From contig JABGZU010000084.1 of assembly GCA_018674605.1 (NCBI GenBank), forward strand, positions 1-56,328: a stretch of 56,328 nt of DNA. The letters are read 5' to 3'. Below are positions 1-8,848 of this stretch, piece after piece. Each line of letters starts with the position of its first letter. The stretch's first letter is position 1. The notes below the pieces were generated by a model. That model saw only the letters and a list, made by a program, of their open reading frames with translations. It was not told the origin of the DNA and made no database searches. The position numbers were made by a program, and so were the translations under genes. This DNA comes from Nitrosopumilus sp. GTDB lineage: Archaea > Thermoproteota > Nitrososphaeria > Nitrososphaerales > Nitrosopumilaceae.

Positions 1-1083
1 TTCAGATTGAGGTTCAGATTCCATTTCATCTTGTAAGTTTGATGCAATAATACTACATTGAGCTGCAACATTTTTTGCACTTGCTCTAAATGCATCAGCA
101 CTTGGAGATTCAACATGTGTAATCATGATAGGTTTTCCAGAATCAGAGCCAGACATAATACCATAATTTAATGGGATTTCACCTAAGAAAGGTATATTGA
201 ATTGTTCACTAATTTTCTTTGCACCGCCGTTACCAAAGATGTAATGTTTATCATCACAATTTGGACAAATGAAATGACTCATATTTTCAATGACACCAAT
301 AATTGGAACATTTAATTTTTCAAACATTGAGACTGCTTTAACTGCAACATTACTTGCAACATCTTGAGGAGTTGTAATAACAAGAATGCCAGTAATAGGA
401 ATTGTTTGTGCAAGAGTTAATGGAATATCACCAGTACCAGGAGGTAAATCAACAATTAGATAATCTAATTCAGACCAATTAGTATCAACCAAAAATTGTT
501 TTAAAATTCCAGAAATAATTGGACCACGATAAATTGCAGCTTGATTAGATTGATCTGCAAAGAAACCAAATGAAACAACTTTTAATCCATTAGAGTCTGC
601 AGGTTGTAATTTATTATCTTCAACTTCCATAGAACCATCTTTCATTCCCAACATCAAAGGAATACTTGGGCCATAGATATCAGCATCAAGTAATCCAACT
701 TTAGCTCCTGTTTGAGATAATGCCAAAGCTAAATTTAATGAAACAGTGGATTTTCCAACACCACCTTTTCCACTAGCAACACCAATAATATTTTTGACAG
801 TTGCCATTTGAGTATCAGCATCAAGTGAACGTCCTTCCATTACTTTTGCAGTTACTGCCATATCAAAATTTTTCAAGTCAGAAAGTTCAGCAATTGCTTT
901 TCGGACATCTTCTTCAATTTCAACATTAAAAGGGCATGCAGGAGTAGTTAATTCTAAAGTAAATTTAAGATTACCATCATTAAGCTCTAAATTTTTAATC
1001 ATCCCCATAGAAACAATGTCTTTTTTCAAATCAGGATCAATTACAGTACTAAGTTTTTCAAGGACTTGATCGATTCCAACCAT
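1..1083 (-). CDS. mrp: Mrp/NBP35 (ApbC) Fe-S cluster carrier ATPase with N-terminal FeS-assembly domain; 3' end runs off the window
   Basis: Manual translation from ATG at 1083: MVGIDQVLEKLSTVIDPDLKKDIVSMG...LELTTPACPF...VASGKGGVGKST...DADIYGPSIP...DLPPGTGD...ENMSHFICPNC. Not in ORF track because there is no stop in the window. Confidence 0.95.
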   Translation of the reverse strand, partial: MVGIDQVLEKLSTVIDPDLKKDIVSMGMIKNLELNDGNLKFTLELTTPACPFNVEIEEDVRKAIAELSDLKNFDMAVTAKVMEGRSLDADTQMATVKNIIGVASGKGGVGKSTVSLNLALALSQTGAKVGLLDADIYGPSIPLMLGMKDGSMEVEDNKLQPADSNGLKVVSFGFFADQSNQAAIYRGPIISGILKQFLVDTNWSELDYLIVDLPPGTGDIPLTLAQTIPITGILVITTPQDVASNVAVKAVSMFEKLNVPIIGVIENMSHFICPNCDDKHYIFGNGGAKKISEQFNIPFLGEIPLNYGIMSGSDSGKPIMITHVESPSADAFRASAKNVAAQCSIIASNLQDEMESEPQSE

Positions 1084-1229
1084 TGCGTCAAAAAGTGAAA
1101 ATACATTATTTATAGATAGGTCAGATAACAAAAAAATGGGAATTTTTAAAAATAATCATCAAAATCTTTAGAAATTTGAGGTAAATCACCCAAAGATTCA
1201 TAAATTGAAATTCAAGAAAAAGAAAACAG

Positions 1230-1814
1230 TTGTTTTCCATATCTACCCTAGTTGATGTTGTTAGGATTCCTCCAAGCTTATTTGGAACTACACTCAAAAA
1301 GGCAGCAGTCAACATTCTCAAAGAAAAATATGAGAGTATGATTAATGCAGAATTAGGCTACATCATTATGATTTTAGATGCCAAAGTAGATGAAATGGGA
1401 AAAATGATTGCAGGAGATGGAGGAACATTCCATAAAGTGCAATTTGAGGCATTAACATTTTATCCAAAATTACAAGAAATTGTTCAAGGAGAAATTGTAG
1501 ATATTACAGACTTTGGGGCATTTGTGAGAATTGGTCCAACAGATGCATTACTTCACTTATCACAAGTTATGGATGATTACCTCAAGAGTGATGTAAAAAT
1601 GGGATTAATTTTAGCTAACCAAAGTGGAAGAACATTAAAAGTAGGTTCAACATTACGTGCAAGAATCACTGCAGTATCTTTAGGAAAAGCTGCTGCAATG
1701 GGCAAGATTGGAATTACGTGTAGACAGCCATTCTTAGGTGCAGATGAATGGATTGCTGAAGAAATTAAAAAAGCAGATGGTTCTGGAGAACCAGCAAAAG
1801 TAGAGGCCAGTTAA
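1230..1814 (+). CDS. rpo7: DNA-directed RNA polymerase subunit Rpo7 (E')
   Basis: VVRIPP N-terminus, S1 domain (FGAFVRIGPTDALLHLSQVMDD), RQPFLG; followed by spt4. Confidence 0.95.
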   Translation: MFSISTLVDVVRIPPSLFGTTLKKAAVNILKEKYESMINAELGYIIMILDAKVDEMGKMIAGDGGTFHKVQFEALTFYPKLQEIVQGEIVDITDFGAFVRIGPTDALLHLSQVMDDYLKSDVKMGLILANQSGRTLKVGSTLRARITAVSLGKAAAMGKIGITCRQPFLGADEWIAEEIKKADGSGEPAKVEAS

Positions 1815-1815
1815 A

Positions 1816-2004
1816 ATGGCACGAGAAATGGCATGCAGAAAATGTAAACGAGTTACAACAGAAAAAGTTTGTCCAGGTTGTAAGTCATCAGATTTAACAC
1901 CAGATTGGAACGGTGTTGTATTAGTAGTGGATCCAACAAATTCAGAAATCTCAAAAACGTTAGCCATTACTCAAAAAGGCAAATATGCAATTAAAGTAAC
2001 ATAG
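1816..2004 (+). CDS. spt4: Transcription elongation factor Spt4 (RpoE'')
   Basis: Zn ribbon ACRKC...CPGC, DWNGVVLVVDP, GKYAIKV; conserved rpo7-spt4 pair. Confidence 0.95.
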   Translation: MAREMACRKCKRVTTEKVCPGCKSSDLTPDWNGVVLVVDPTNSEISKTLAITQKGKYAIKVT

Positions 2005-2048
2005 AATATTTCTAAATCTTTAAAATTAGATTAACATTTAATCATAAC

Positions 2049-2864
2049 ATGTCGTTTAATCCAAAAAAACAATTATTACAATTTCTTGCAGAAGACATAG
2101 GTAAAGGCGACATAACAAGTGCATTATTAACAAAGAAAAAAATTTCAGTAAAAATAATTTCAAGAGAAAAAGGCATTATTGCTGGCTCAAAATATGCAAA
2201 AGAAATTTTTAAACTTAAAGGATGTGAAGCTAAAATTTTGATAAAGGATGGGTCAAAAATTAAACCAAATCAAACCATTATGAAAATTACAGGAAACGCA
2301 AGTAAAATTTTAACATGTGAAAGAACTGCATTAAACATAATTACAAGAATGAGTGGAATTGCAACACAAACAAATCAACTTGTTAAAAAAATTCCAATTA
2401 AAACAAAATTATATGCAACAAGAAAAACAGCACCAGGATTAAGATATTTTGATAAAGAAGCTGTGGAGATAGGAGGAGGTAAAAAACACAGATTACGGCT
2501 AGATGAGATGGTTATGATCAAGGACAATCATATAGCAGTAGAGAAATCATTATTATCACTAATTAAAAAAACCAAAAAAAAATATAAAAAATTTGAAGTG
2601 GAAGTTGAAAACACACAAGATGCAGTTCTTGCAGCACAAGAAGGGGCAACAATAATTATGTTAGATAATTTTTCTCCAATTCAAATCATCAAAACAATTA
2701 AAATTCTTAAAAATAAAAAATTACGAAAAAAAGTATTACTAGAAGCATCGGGTGGAATTAATTCTAAAAATATTTCAAAATATGGGAAGACAGGAGTAGA
2801 CATCATATCCATTGGAAGTATAACAAATTCAGTTAAAGGAATAGACGTTAGTTTAGAAATTTAA
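2049..2864 (+). CDS. nadC: Nicotinate-nucleotide pyrophosphorylase (quinolinate phosphoribosyltransferase)
   Basis: EDIGKGDITS, ERTALN, TRKTAPGLR, HRLRL, IKDNH, EVEVEN, MLDNF, EASGGI. Confidence 0.96.
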   Translation: MSFNPKKQLLQFLAEDIGKGDITSALLTKKKISVKIISREKGIIAGSKYAKEIFKLKGCEAKILIKDGSKIKPNQTIMKITGNASKILTCERTALNIITRMSGIATQTNQLVKKIPIKTKLYATRKTAPGLRYFDKEAVEIGGGKKHRLRLDEMVMIKDNHIAVEKSLLSLIKKTKKKYKKFEVEVENTQDAVLAAQEGATIIMLDNFSPIQIIKTIKILKNKKLRKKVLLEASGGINSKNISKYGKTGVDIISIGSITNSVKGIDVSLEI

Positions 2865-3262
2865 TAATTTAATTCAGAAAGTAAATCAAATACAGATTTA
2901 TTTTTTGGATCAATCTCCTGAATTTTTCTACAGCAATCAATTGCAGGTTGGTTTTCCTCCAATTTTTGATGAGAATATGCCTTCAAAAGTAAAACATCAA
3001 TATCATAAGATCCAATATCAAGAGATTTATCAAAATATGAAATTGCAGTACGATATTTGTTTTTTAGATAATAAATTCCACCAACAGTAAATAGGGCATC
3101 ATGATGATTAGGAACTTTTTCTAAATAATCTATACCTAATTTCAAAGCATCAGGATATTTTTTTTCTTTAACAAGTTTTTTAAATTTTTTAAATTGTTCT
3201 TCATTTTTCTTTAATTGAAGATCTTTAGGAGTTCTACTAAATAATCCAACCAAAACTATCAC
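2861..3262 (-). CDS. Tetratricopeptide-repeat protein (true start may be a few codons downstream)
   Basis: TPR-like helix pairs (ALFTVGGIYYLKNKYRTAISYFDKSL; AIDCCRKIQEIDPKN). Confidence 0.8.
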   Translation of the reverse strand: MIVLVGLFSRTPKDLQLKKNEEQFKKFKKLVKEKKYPDALKLGIDYLEKVPNHHDALFTVGGIYYLKNKYRTAISYFDKSLDIGSYDIDVLLLKAYSHQKLEENQPAIDCCRKIQEIDPKNKSVFDLLSELNY

Positions 3263-3265
3263 AAA

Positions 3266-4222
3266 TTAACTGATTTCAAGCATTCTATTAATTGCTAAAC
3301 GAGCTTTATCAGCAATTTTTTTTGGAACAGTGACAATATTTTTCTCATGTATCAAAGCATCATAGACTTTTTCAAGAGTAATCATTTTCATATATTGACA
3401 TTCAGCTTTTTCAGATGCAGGGATGAATGTTTTATCAGGGTTTTGTTTTCTCATCCTATACAATATTCCTGTTTCAGTGGCAACAACAAAATTCTTGGAA
3501 TTAGATTTACTTACATGATTTAACATTCCTTCAGTTGACAAAATTGAAACTTTATTACCATCATAACTTCCATCAGCAACATCGTACATCATAGGTGTTG
3601 TACAACTACATTCAGGATGAATTACAAATTCAGCATCAGTCATGGATTTTAATTTTTTATTAACATCCTCAGCTGTGATTCCTGCATGTACATGACATTC
3701 ACCGGCCCATATGTGGATATTTTTTCGACCAGTCATTTTTGCAACATAAGAACCAAGAAACATATCAGGTAAAAATAAAATTTCTCGATCTTCAGGAATT
3801 GCCTTTACAACATTTACAGCATTTGATGAAGGACAACAATAATCAAGTTCAGATTTAATTTCGGCAGTAGTATTAACATAACCAACAGAAATAGCATTTG
3901 GATGTTGCTTTTTCCAATTACGTAATTCATCAACAGTGATTGAATCAGATAAAGAACATCCAGCTTCCAAAGAAGGCAATAATACTTTTTTTTCAGGACT
4001 GATAATGGCCGCTGTTTCAGCCATAAAATGAACACCACAAAATAAAATAGTTTTTTGATCAACGGTTGCAGCCAACCTAGATAATCCAAGAGAATCACCG
4101 GTAAAATCAGCTATATCCTGTACATCAGGAATTTCATAATTATGAGCTAAAATGACCACATCTTTTTCTTTTTTCAGTCGCATTATCTCATTTTTTAAAA
4201 ATGAAGTATCCTGAACTAACAT
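3266..4222 (-). CDS. nadA: Quinolinate synthase A
   Basis: ILAHNY, GDSLGL, FCGVHFMAE, AGCSL, GECHVH, HPEC, CQYMK (three cluster Cys). Confidence 0.96.
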   Translation of the reverse strand: MLVQDTSFLKNEIMRLKKEKDVVILAHNYEIPDVQDIADFTGDSLGLSRLAATVDQKTILFCGVHFMAETAAIISPEKKVLLPSLEAGCSLSDSITVDELRNWKKQHPNAISVGYVNTTAEIKSELDYCCPSSNAVNVVKAIPEDREILFLPDMFLGSYVAKMTGRKNIHIWAGECHVHAGITAEDVNKKLKSMTDAEFVIHPECSCTTPMMYDVADGSYDGNKVSILSTEGMLNHVSKSNSKNFVVATETGILYRMRKQNPDKTFIPASEKAECQYMKMITLEKVYDALIHEKNIVTVPKKIADKARLAINRMLEIS

Positions 4223-4314
4223 GATTCATAAAAAATTGAATATATGTGAATTTAAAGAATATGAAATAGACAATAATTTTCTAAAAAGTGTCTAAATGAG
4301 GTAATTTTTGCCAA

Positions 4315-5133
4315 TTAAGTGCCAATTTGTATATCATCAGAACAATATCTTCTCAATGTTTCAATAGCAGATAAAATAGCTAACTTACTAGTTTTAGGAT
4401 TTTCAGGATCAGGTGTATTTTCTATAGTAAATGTCATTTTTCCAGATTTTGCAATAGCCTCAATATGATGAGTATTTTTATCAGTATTAGGATCTGCAAT
4501 AATTTTTACATGAGTTTTATCGCTACCAATTCCAGATAAAGACACCAATGCGGCCACATTGATGTTTGCAGGAAATAATGAAACAGCATCACGAGCTGTT
4601 CCTTCAAAAATAATTGTGGGTGAATCAATTGAATCTAAATTAATTTTAGAAGTTTCAAAAAACTTTGCTCCCTTTAATGAACGAGGATGTTTTGTAGTTG
4701 TGATAGATACAGATTCTAATTCATTTTTAATAGACTTGATCCCATCCAATCCAGCAATTGCTCCAGAAGGGAGATAGATGGTTTTTTTGAAATGTTCACA
4801 TGCATCATACAAAATATCATAAATGGATTCATCAAGCAAAGCTCCAACACTCATTATCATAAAATCACGTTTATTTTGTAAAATACTTAATCCATCATCC
4901 CTTACAGCATTTTGAGATGCAGCTTCAACTACAATATTGACTGAATGAGAAGAGAGTAAATGAGAATTTTCAACAATTTCAGGTTTTGTGTTTAATTTTG
5001 AAACAAGGGTAATTGAAGCGTCTTTAGAATCATCATAAATATGAGTTAAAACTCCAGGTATTTTTCCCGAATCAATTGCAAGTGCAATCTGAGTACCCAT
5101 TACACCACATCCCAATAGACCAATTTTTTTCAA
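4315..5133 (-). CDS. nadX: L-aspartate dehydrogenase (NAD biosynthesis)
   Basis: Rossmann GCGVMG, VVEAASQ, MSVGAL, PSGAIAGLD, FPANINVA, NPKTSKLA; next to nadA. Confidence 0.93.
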   Translation of the reverse strand: MKKIGLLGCGVMGTQIALAIDSGKIPGVLTHIYDDSKDASITLVSKLNTKPEIVENSHLLSSHSVNIVVEAASQNAVRDDGLSILQNKRDFMIMSVGALLDESIYDILYDACEHFKKTIYLPSGAIAGLDGIKSIKNELESVSITTTKHPRSLKGAKFFETSKINLDSIDSPTIIFEGTARDAVSLFPANINVAALVSLSGIGSDKTHVKIIADPNTDKNTHHIEAIAKSGKMTFTIENTPDPENPKTSKLAILSAIETLRRYCSDDIQIGT

Positions 5134-5340
5134 GTGATCATAATAAGAAAGATCTCTTAATTAATGATAGTCTAAAATACAATTATTCAAAATATTGAAA
5201 ATAAATCATATTTGAAATTATTTTTTTAGGTCATGTAAAATGATTCTAAAATTAAATGGAAAATACATGGTTTTAGTAGATCATCTTTGTCAAGAGTTAA
5301 CACAACCTAAAGATTTTATTCAATCCTACTAACCATTGTT

Positions 5341-6177
5341 GTGCTCAATTCAGTATACAAAGATGCAATTATCAATAGGGAGAAAATGCTATCAATCCTA
5401 AAAGGTCCAAAATTTGAACAAATTTTAGAAAAGGCAAGGGGTAATTGGAATGATTTTACGCCTACTAAAGAAAATGTGATTACAGCTGGTATCGATAGTA
5501 GTTTCAACAATACAAAATTTCAAGGAATTGAATTATGGGCAACAACTGCAGTTTCAATTAAATCAGATGGAGAAATAATTGTAGATTTACACACTTCAGG
5601 ATTAGGTTCAGACACAGATCTTTCAAGAATCGCAAGTAAAATGGAAATTGATGCATGTGAAAAAACGGTTGATGAAGTAGATTTAGTATTAATGGATGGG
5701 TCACTACATTCACAATTCATGACAAGACAATCAACATTAGATGCATTAGTTGTAAAAACAATGAAAAAGAAAAATAATGTAATATTTATTGCAAAAACAT
5801 CAAATACAAAAAAACAGTTTGAAAATTTGGGTTCATTAGCTGGCGATATTTTTTACTATAATCACGTAACAAATGGTCCAGGTTTTAGTGAAATATTTGT
5901 AGAAAAAAACTATGGCCCAGATAAAATAATATCATCAACATTTGTAAGGTTAAGTGATTCAACTCCAATAATCAAATTGGAATTTTTAGGAGGTAAACAT
6001 GACAATGAAGAAATTAAATTAATAATGAATAAACTGTTTAAAACTAGTGTAGGAGGATATCCATATGCATTAAAACTTGCACATAACAACTGTAAAATAT
6101 CAGACAAGGAACTTGGAAAAATGGTTAGTTTGTTAGGATTAAGTAATGAAATTGGATCTAGAGAGGTATTAGGTTGA
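5341..6177 (+). CDS. nurA: DNA double-strand break repair nuclease NurA
   Basis: AGIDSS, LMDGSL, IAKTS, GYPYALKLAH; heads the herA-mre11-rad50 operon. Confidence 0.92.
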   Translation: MLNSVYKDAIINREKMLSILKGPKFEQILEKARGNWNDFTPTKENVITAGIDSSFNNTKFQGIELWATTAVSIKSDGEIIVDLHTSGLGSDTDLSRIASKMEIDACEKTVDEVDLVLMDGSLHSQFMTRQSTLDALVVKTMKKKNNVIFIAKTSNTKKQFENLGSLAGDIFYYNHVTNGPGFSEIFVEKNYGPDKIISSTFVRLSDSTPIIKLEFLGGKHDNEEIKLIMNKLFKTSVGGYPYALKLAHNNCKISDKELGKMVSLLGLSNEIGSREVLG

Positions 6178-7706
6178 GTTTAGGTTTTGTAGTGGGAGAA
6201 TCAAAGCCTACATCAGTAACAGCAATTACATCACGTTCATTATCAGTTGGAGAATATATCAAAATCAGTATTGATGAGGGAGAGATTTTAGGATTAGTTG
6301 AAAGATCATCAGTATCAAGTGCAGCATTTACAGATGTTAGAAATTTTCATGAAGCAGAAGAAAGTACAGAAATTGCAGACATCAATAAAAGAGATAAGAC
6401 ATTTACGGCACATATAGGAATTTTAGGATTTTTAGAAAATTTACGTAAAGGACAATCAATTATTCCAGCAATACCACCAATTCCAGGCACAGAAATTACC
6501 CAGCCAACTAATCATGATTTAGAAGAAATTTTTAGTCCAAAAAAAGAAGGATGGTTAAAAATTGGTAATTTATTACGAAATAAAAAAATTGAAGCAAAAA
6601 TAAATTTAGACAAAATTGTTTCAAGACATCTAGGAATCTTAGCAATGACAGGAATGGGTAAAAGTAATCTAGTTTCATTAATTACAAAAAAAATATCAGA
6701 AGTAAAAGGAACAGTAATAATTTTTGATTACCACAATGATTACACAACACTAAACATTCCAAATGTGAATGTAATTGATGCAAAAATTAATCCAAGATTA
6801 CTTGAAGCAGACCAATTTTCAGAAGTATTAGAAATTAGAGAAAACGCAGATGTCCAACAACGAGTTTTAAGAATGTCATTCACACAAGAAGTAAAAGAAG
6901 CAGGAGAATTTTGGAATAAATTAGAATATGAAGTAGATTTACTTGTAAATTCAGAAGACAAAAAATTAAAAGAAATTAGAACATCAGCATACAGAGTACA
7001 AGATATCATAGAGGATGCACAAAGAAGGTTTGACGATATTTTAGATCCAGAAATTGGAAATCCCATGGACTACATAAAAGAAGGATGGACAAACATCATT
7101 AACATTTCAGAATTATCAGAAAAACAAGCCAACGTAGCAATGGGATTTTATTTACAACAGTTACTAAAAGATAGAAAAAATGCGACCATAGCAAAACATG
7201 GAAAATCAAAAAAGCAAAAAGATTACAAATTCTTTGAACCAGTTTTCATCATCCTTGAAGAAGCACACGTGTTCATTCCAAAAGATCACGATACTGCAGC
7301 AAAATATTGGGCTGCAAAAATTGCAAGGGAAGGGAGGAAATTTGGAGTAGGTTTAGCAATAGTTTCTCAGAGACCACGTAGTGTAGATTTAAACATCCTA
7401 AGTCAAATGGGCTCATTTGCAATTATGAAAATCATTCAAGAAGATGACCAAAGACAAATAGCCTCAGCAACAGAGTCCACTAGTCGTGAATTGATATCTC
7501 AATTAACATCATTAAATGTAGGAGATGCAGTTCTTGTTGGACAATGGACAAATTTACCATCAATGGTACATGTTGAAGAAGTTAAAGAAAAGAAAATGGG
7601 AGCAGATCAAAGTGCAACTAAAGCTTGGATAAAGGCAGATAAAATGAAAAATGTCGGAGTTGAATCCACCCAAGGATTAGTTGAAAAAGATTTGTTGTTA
7701 GACTAA
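6174..7706 (+). CDS. herA: HerA helicase/ATPase
   Basis: N-terminal HAS barrel, Walker A AMTGMGKS, Walker B ILEEAH, AREGRKFG, SQRP. Confidence 0.93.
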   Translation: MSLGFVVGESKPTSVTAITSRSLSVGEYIKISIDEGEILGLVERSSVSSAAFTDVRNFHEAEESTEIADINKRDKTFTAHIGILGFLENLRKGQSIIPAIPPIPGTEITQPTNHDLEEIFSPKKEGWLKIGNLLRNKKIEAKINLDKIVSRHLGILAMTGMGKSNLVSLITKKISEVKGTVIIFDYHNDYTTLNIPNVNVIDAKINPRLLEADQFSEVLEIRENADVQQRVLRMSFTQEVKEAGEFWNKLEYEVDLLVNSEDKKLKEIRTSAYRVQDIIEDAQRRFDDILDPEIGNPMDYIKEGWTNIINISELSEKQANVAMGFYLQQLLKDRKNATIAKHGKSKKQKDYKFFEPVFIILEEAHVFIPKDHDTAAKYWAAKIAREGRKFGVGLAIVSQRPRSVDLNILSQMGSFAIMKIIQEDDQRQIASATESTSRELISQLTSLNVGDAVLVGQWTNLPSMVHVEEVKEKKMGADQSATKAWIKADKMKNVGVESTQGLVEKDLLLD

Positions 7707-8848
7707 TGTTATTTGCACATATTTCAGATACTCATTTAGGATTAGTACAGTATGGTTCCAATGAAAGAGAACAAGATGTGTATGATGTTTTTAATCAAGC
7801 AATAGATATTTCAATTAAGGATCATGTAGATTTTGTAATATTTTCAGGAGATATTTTTCATATGCCAAATCCAAACGGTAGAGCGATAATACAAATGGCA
7901 AATGGGTTAAAACGTTTAAAAGAAAATAATATTGATTCATTTTTTATTTTAGGTGAACATGACATTAGTAGAATTAGAACAACCCCAATTCCATACGTAT
8001 ATCATAATTTAGGATTTTCAAAATACATAGGAAATGGAAAACCAATAGAGTATAAAGGAATCATGTTAGCTGGATTAGATAAAATAAGAAAAACAGAAAT
8101 GACTCAATATGAAGAAATATTTTTAAATTTAGATAAAAGTGTAGAGGAATTTCCAGGACATAAAATATTAGTACTACATCAAGGAATTACAGAATTCAAC
8201 AAATTTGCAGGAGAACTACAATCAACAGATTTACCAAAAAATTTTACATATTATGCAATGGGCCATTTACATGATAAAGACATTAAAGAATTCAATCATC
8301 TTAAAGGTCCAATTGTATACCCAGGATCAATTGAGTTAACAACTAGTGAAGGAATTAAAGATGCCAAAAAAGGGTTTTTTGAAGTAGATATTTCTGGAAA
8401 AGAGGCAATACCAAAATGGATTGAATTAGATACCAGACCTCAATTTTCATTTAACACAAAATACACAGAATTAGAAAAAATAATTGGAGAAATTATAGAA
8501 AAAATTAGTGAACTTACAAAAAAACCAATGATTCAAGTAAAAATAGAAGGAGAGGATATAGAAACAGATCATATTCAGGCACAAATTGCAAGATTAAATT
8601 CATTAGTACTTAGATGTTTTTGGAAAATTACTACAAAGCAAATATCAGATTCATCAGTATTTTTAGATAGACCAAGTGTAATCGAGGATGAAATGTTTAG
8701 ACTTTCAATAAATGCATTAGATTCAGAAAAAGATGCAGATTTTGCAATAAAACAACTCTTACCAACATTATCGACAGACGGAATGAATCAAGCATTAGAA
8801 GTAATTCTAGAAAATTTTGAGAAATTCAAAAAGGAAGAAAAGCAATGA
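7706..8848 (+). CDS. mre11: Mre11 nuclease
   Basis: Metallophosphoesterase motifs SDTHLG, GDIFH, GEHD, LHQ, GHLH, YPGS. Confidence 0.93.
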   Translation: MLFAHISDTHLGLVQYGSNEREQDVYDVFNQAIDISIKDHVDFVIFSGDIFHMPNPNGRAIIQMANGLKRLKENNIDSFFILGEHDISRIRTTPIPYVYHNLGFSKYIGNGKPIEYKGIMLAGLDKIRKTEMTQYEEIFLNLDKSVEEFPGHKILVLHQGITEFNKFAGELQSTDLPKNFTYYAMGHLHDKDIKEFNHLKGPIVYPGSIELTTSEGIKDAKKGFFEVDISGKEAIPKWIELDTRPQFSFNTKYTELEKIIGEIIEKISELTKKPMIQVKIEGEDIETDHIQAQIARLNSLVLRCFWKITTKQISDSSVFLDRPSVIEDEMFRLSINALDSEKDADFAIKQLLPTLSTDGMNQALEVILENFEKFKKEEKQ

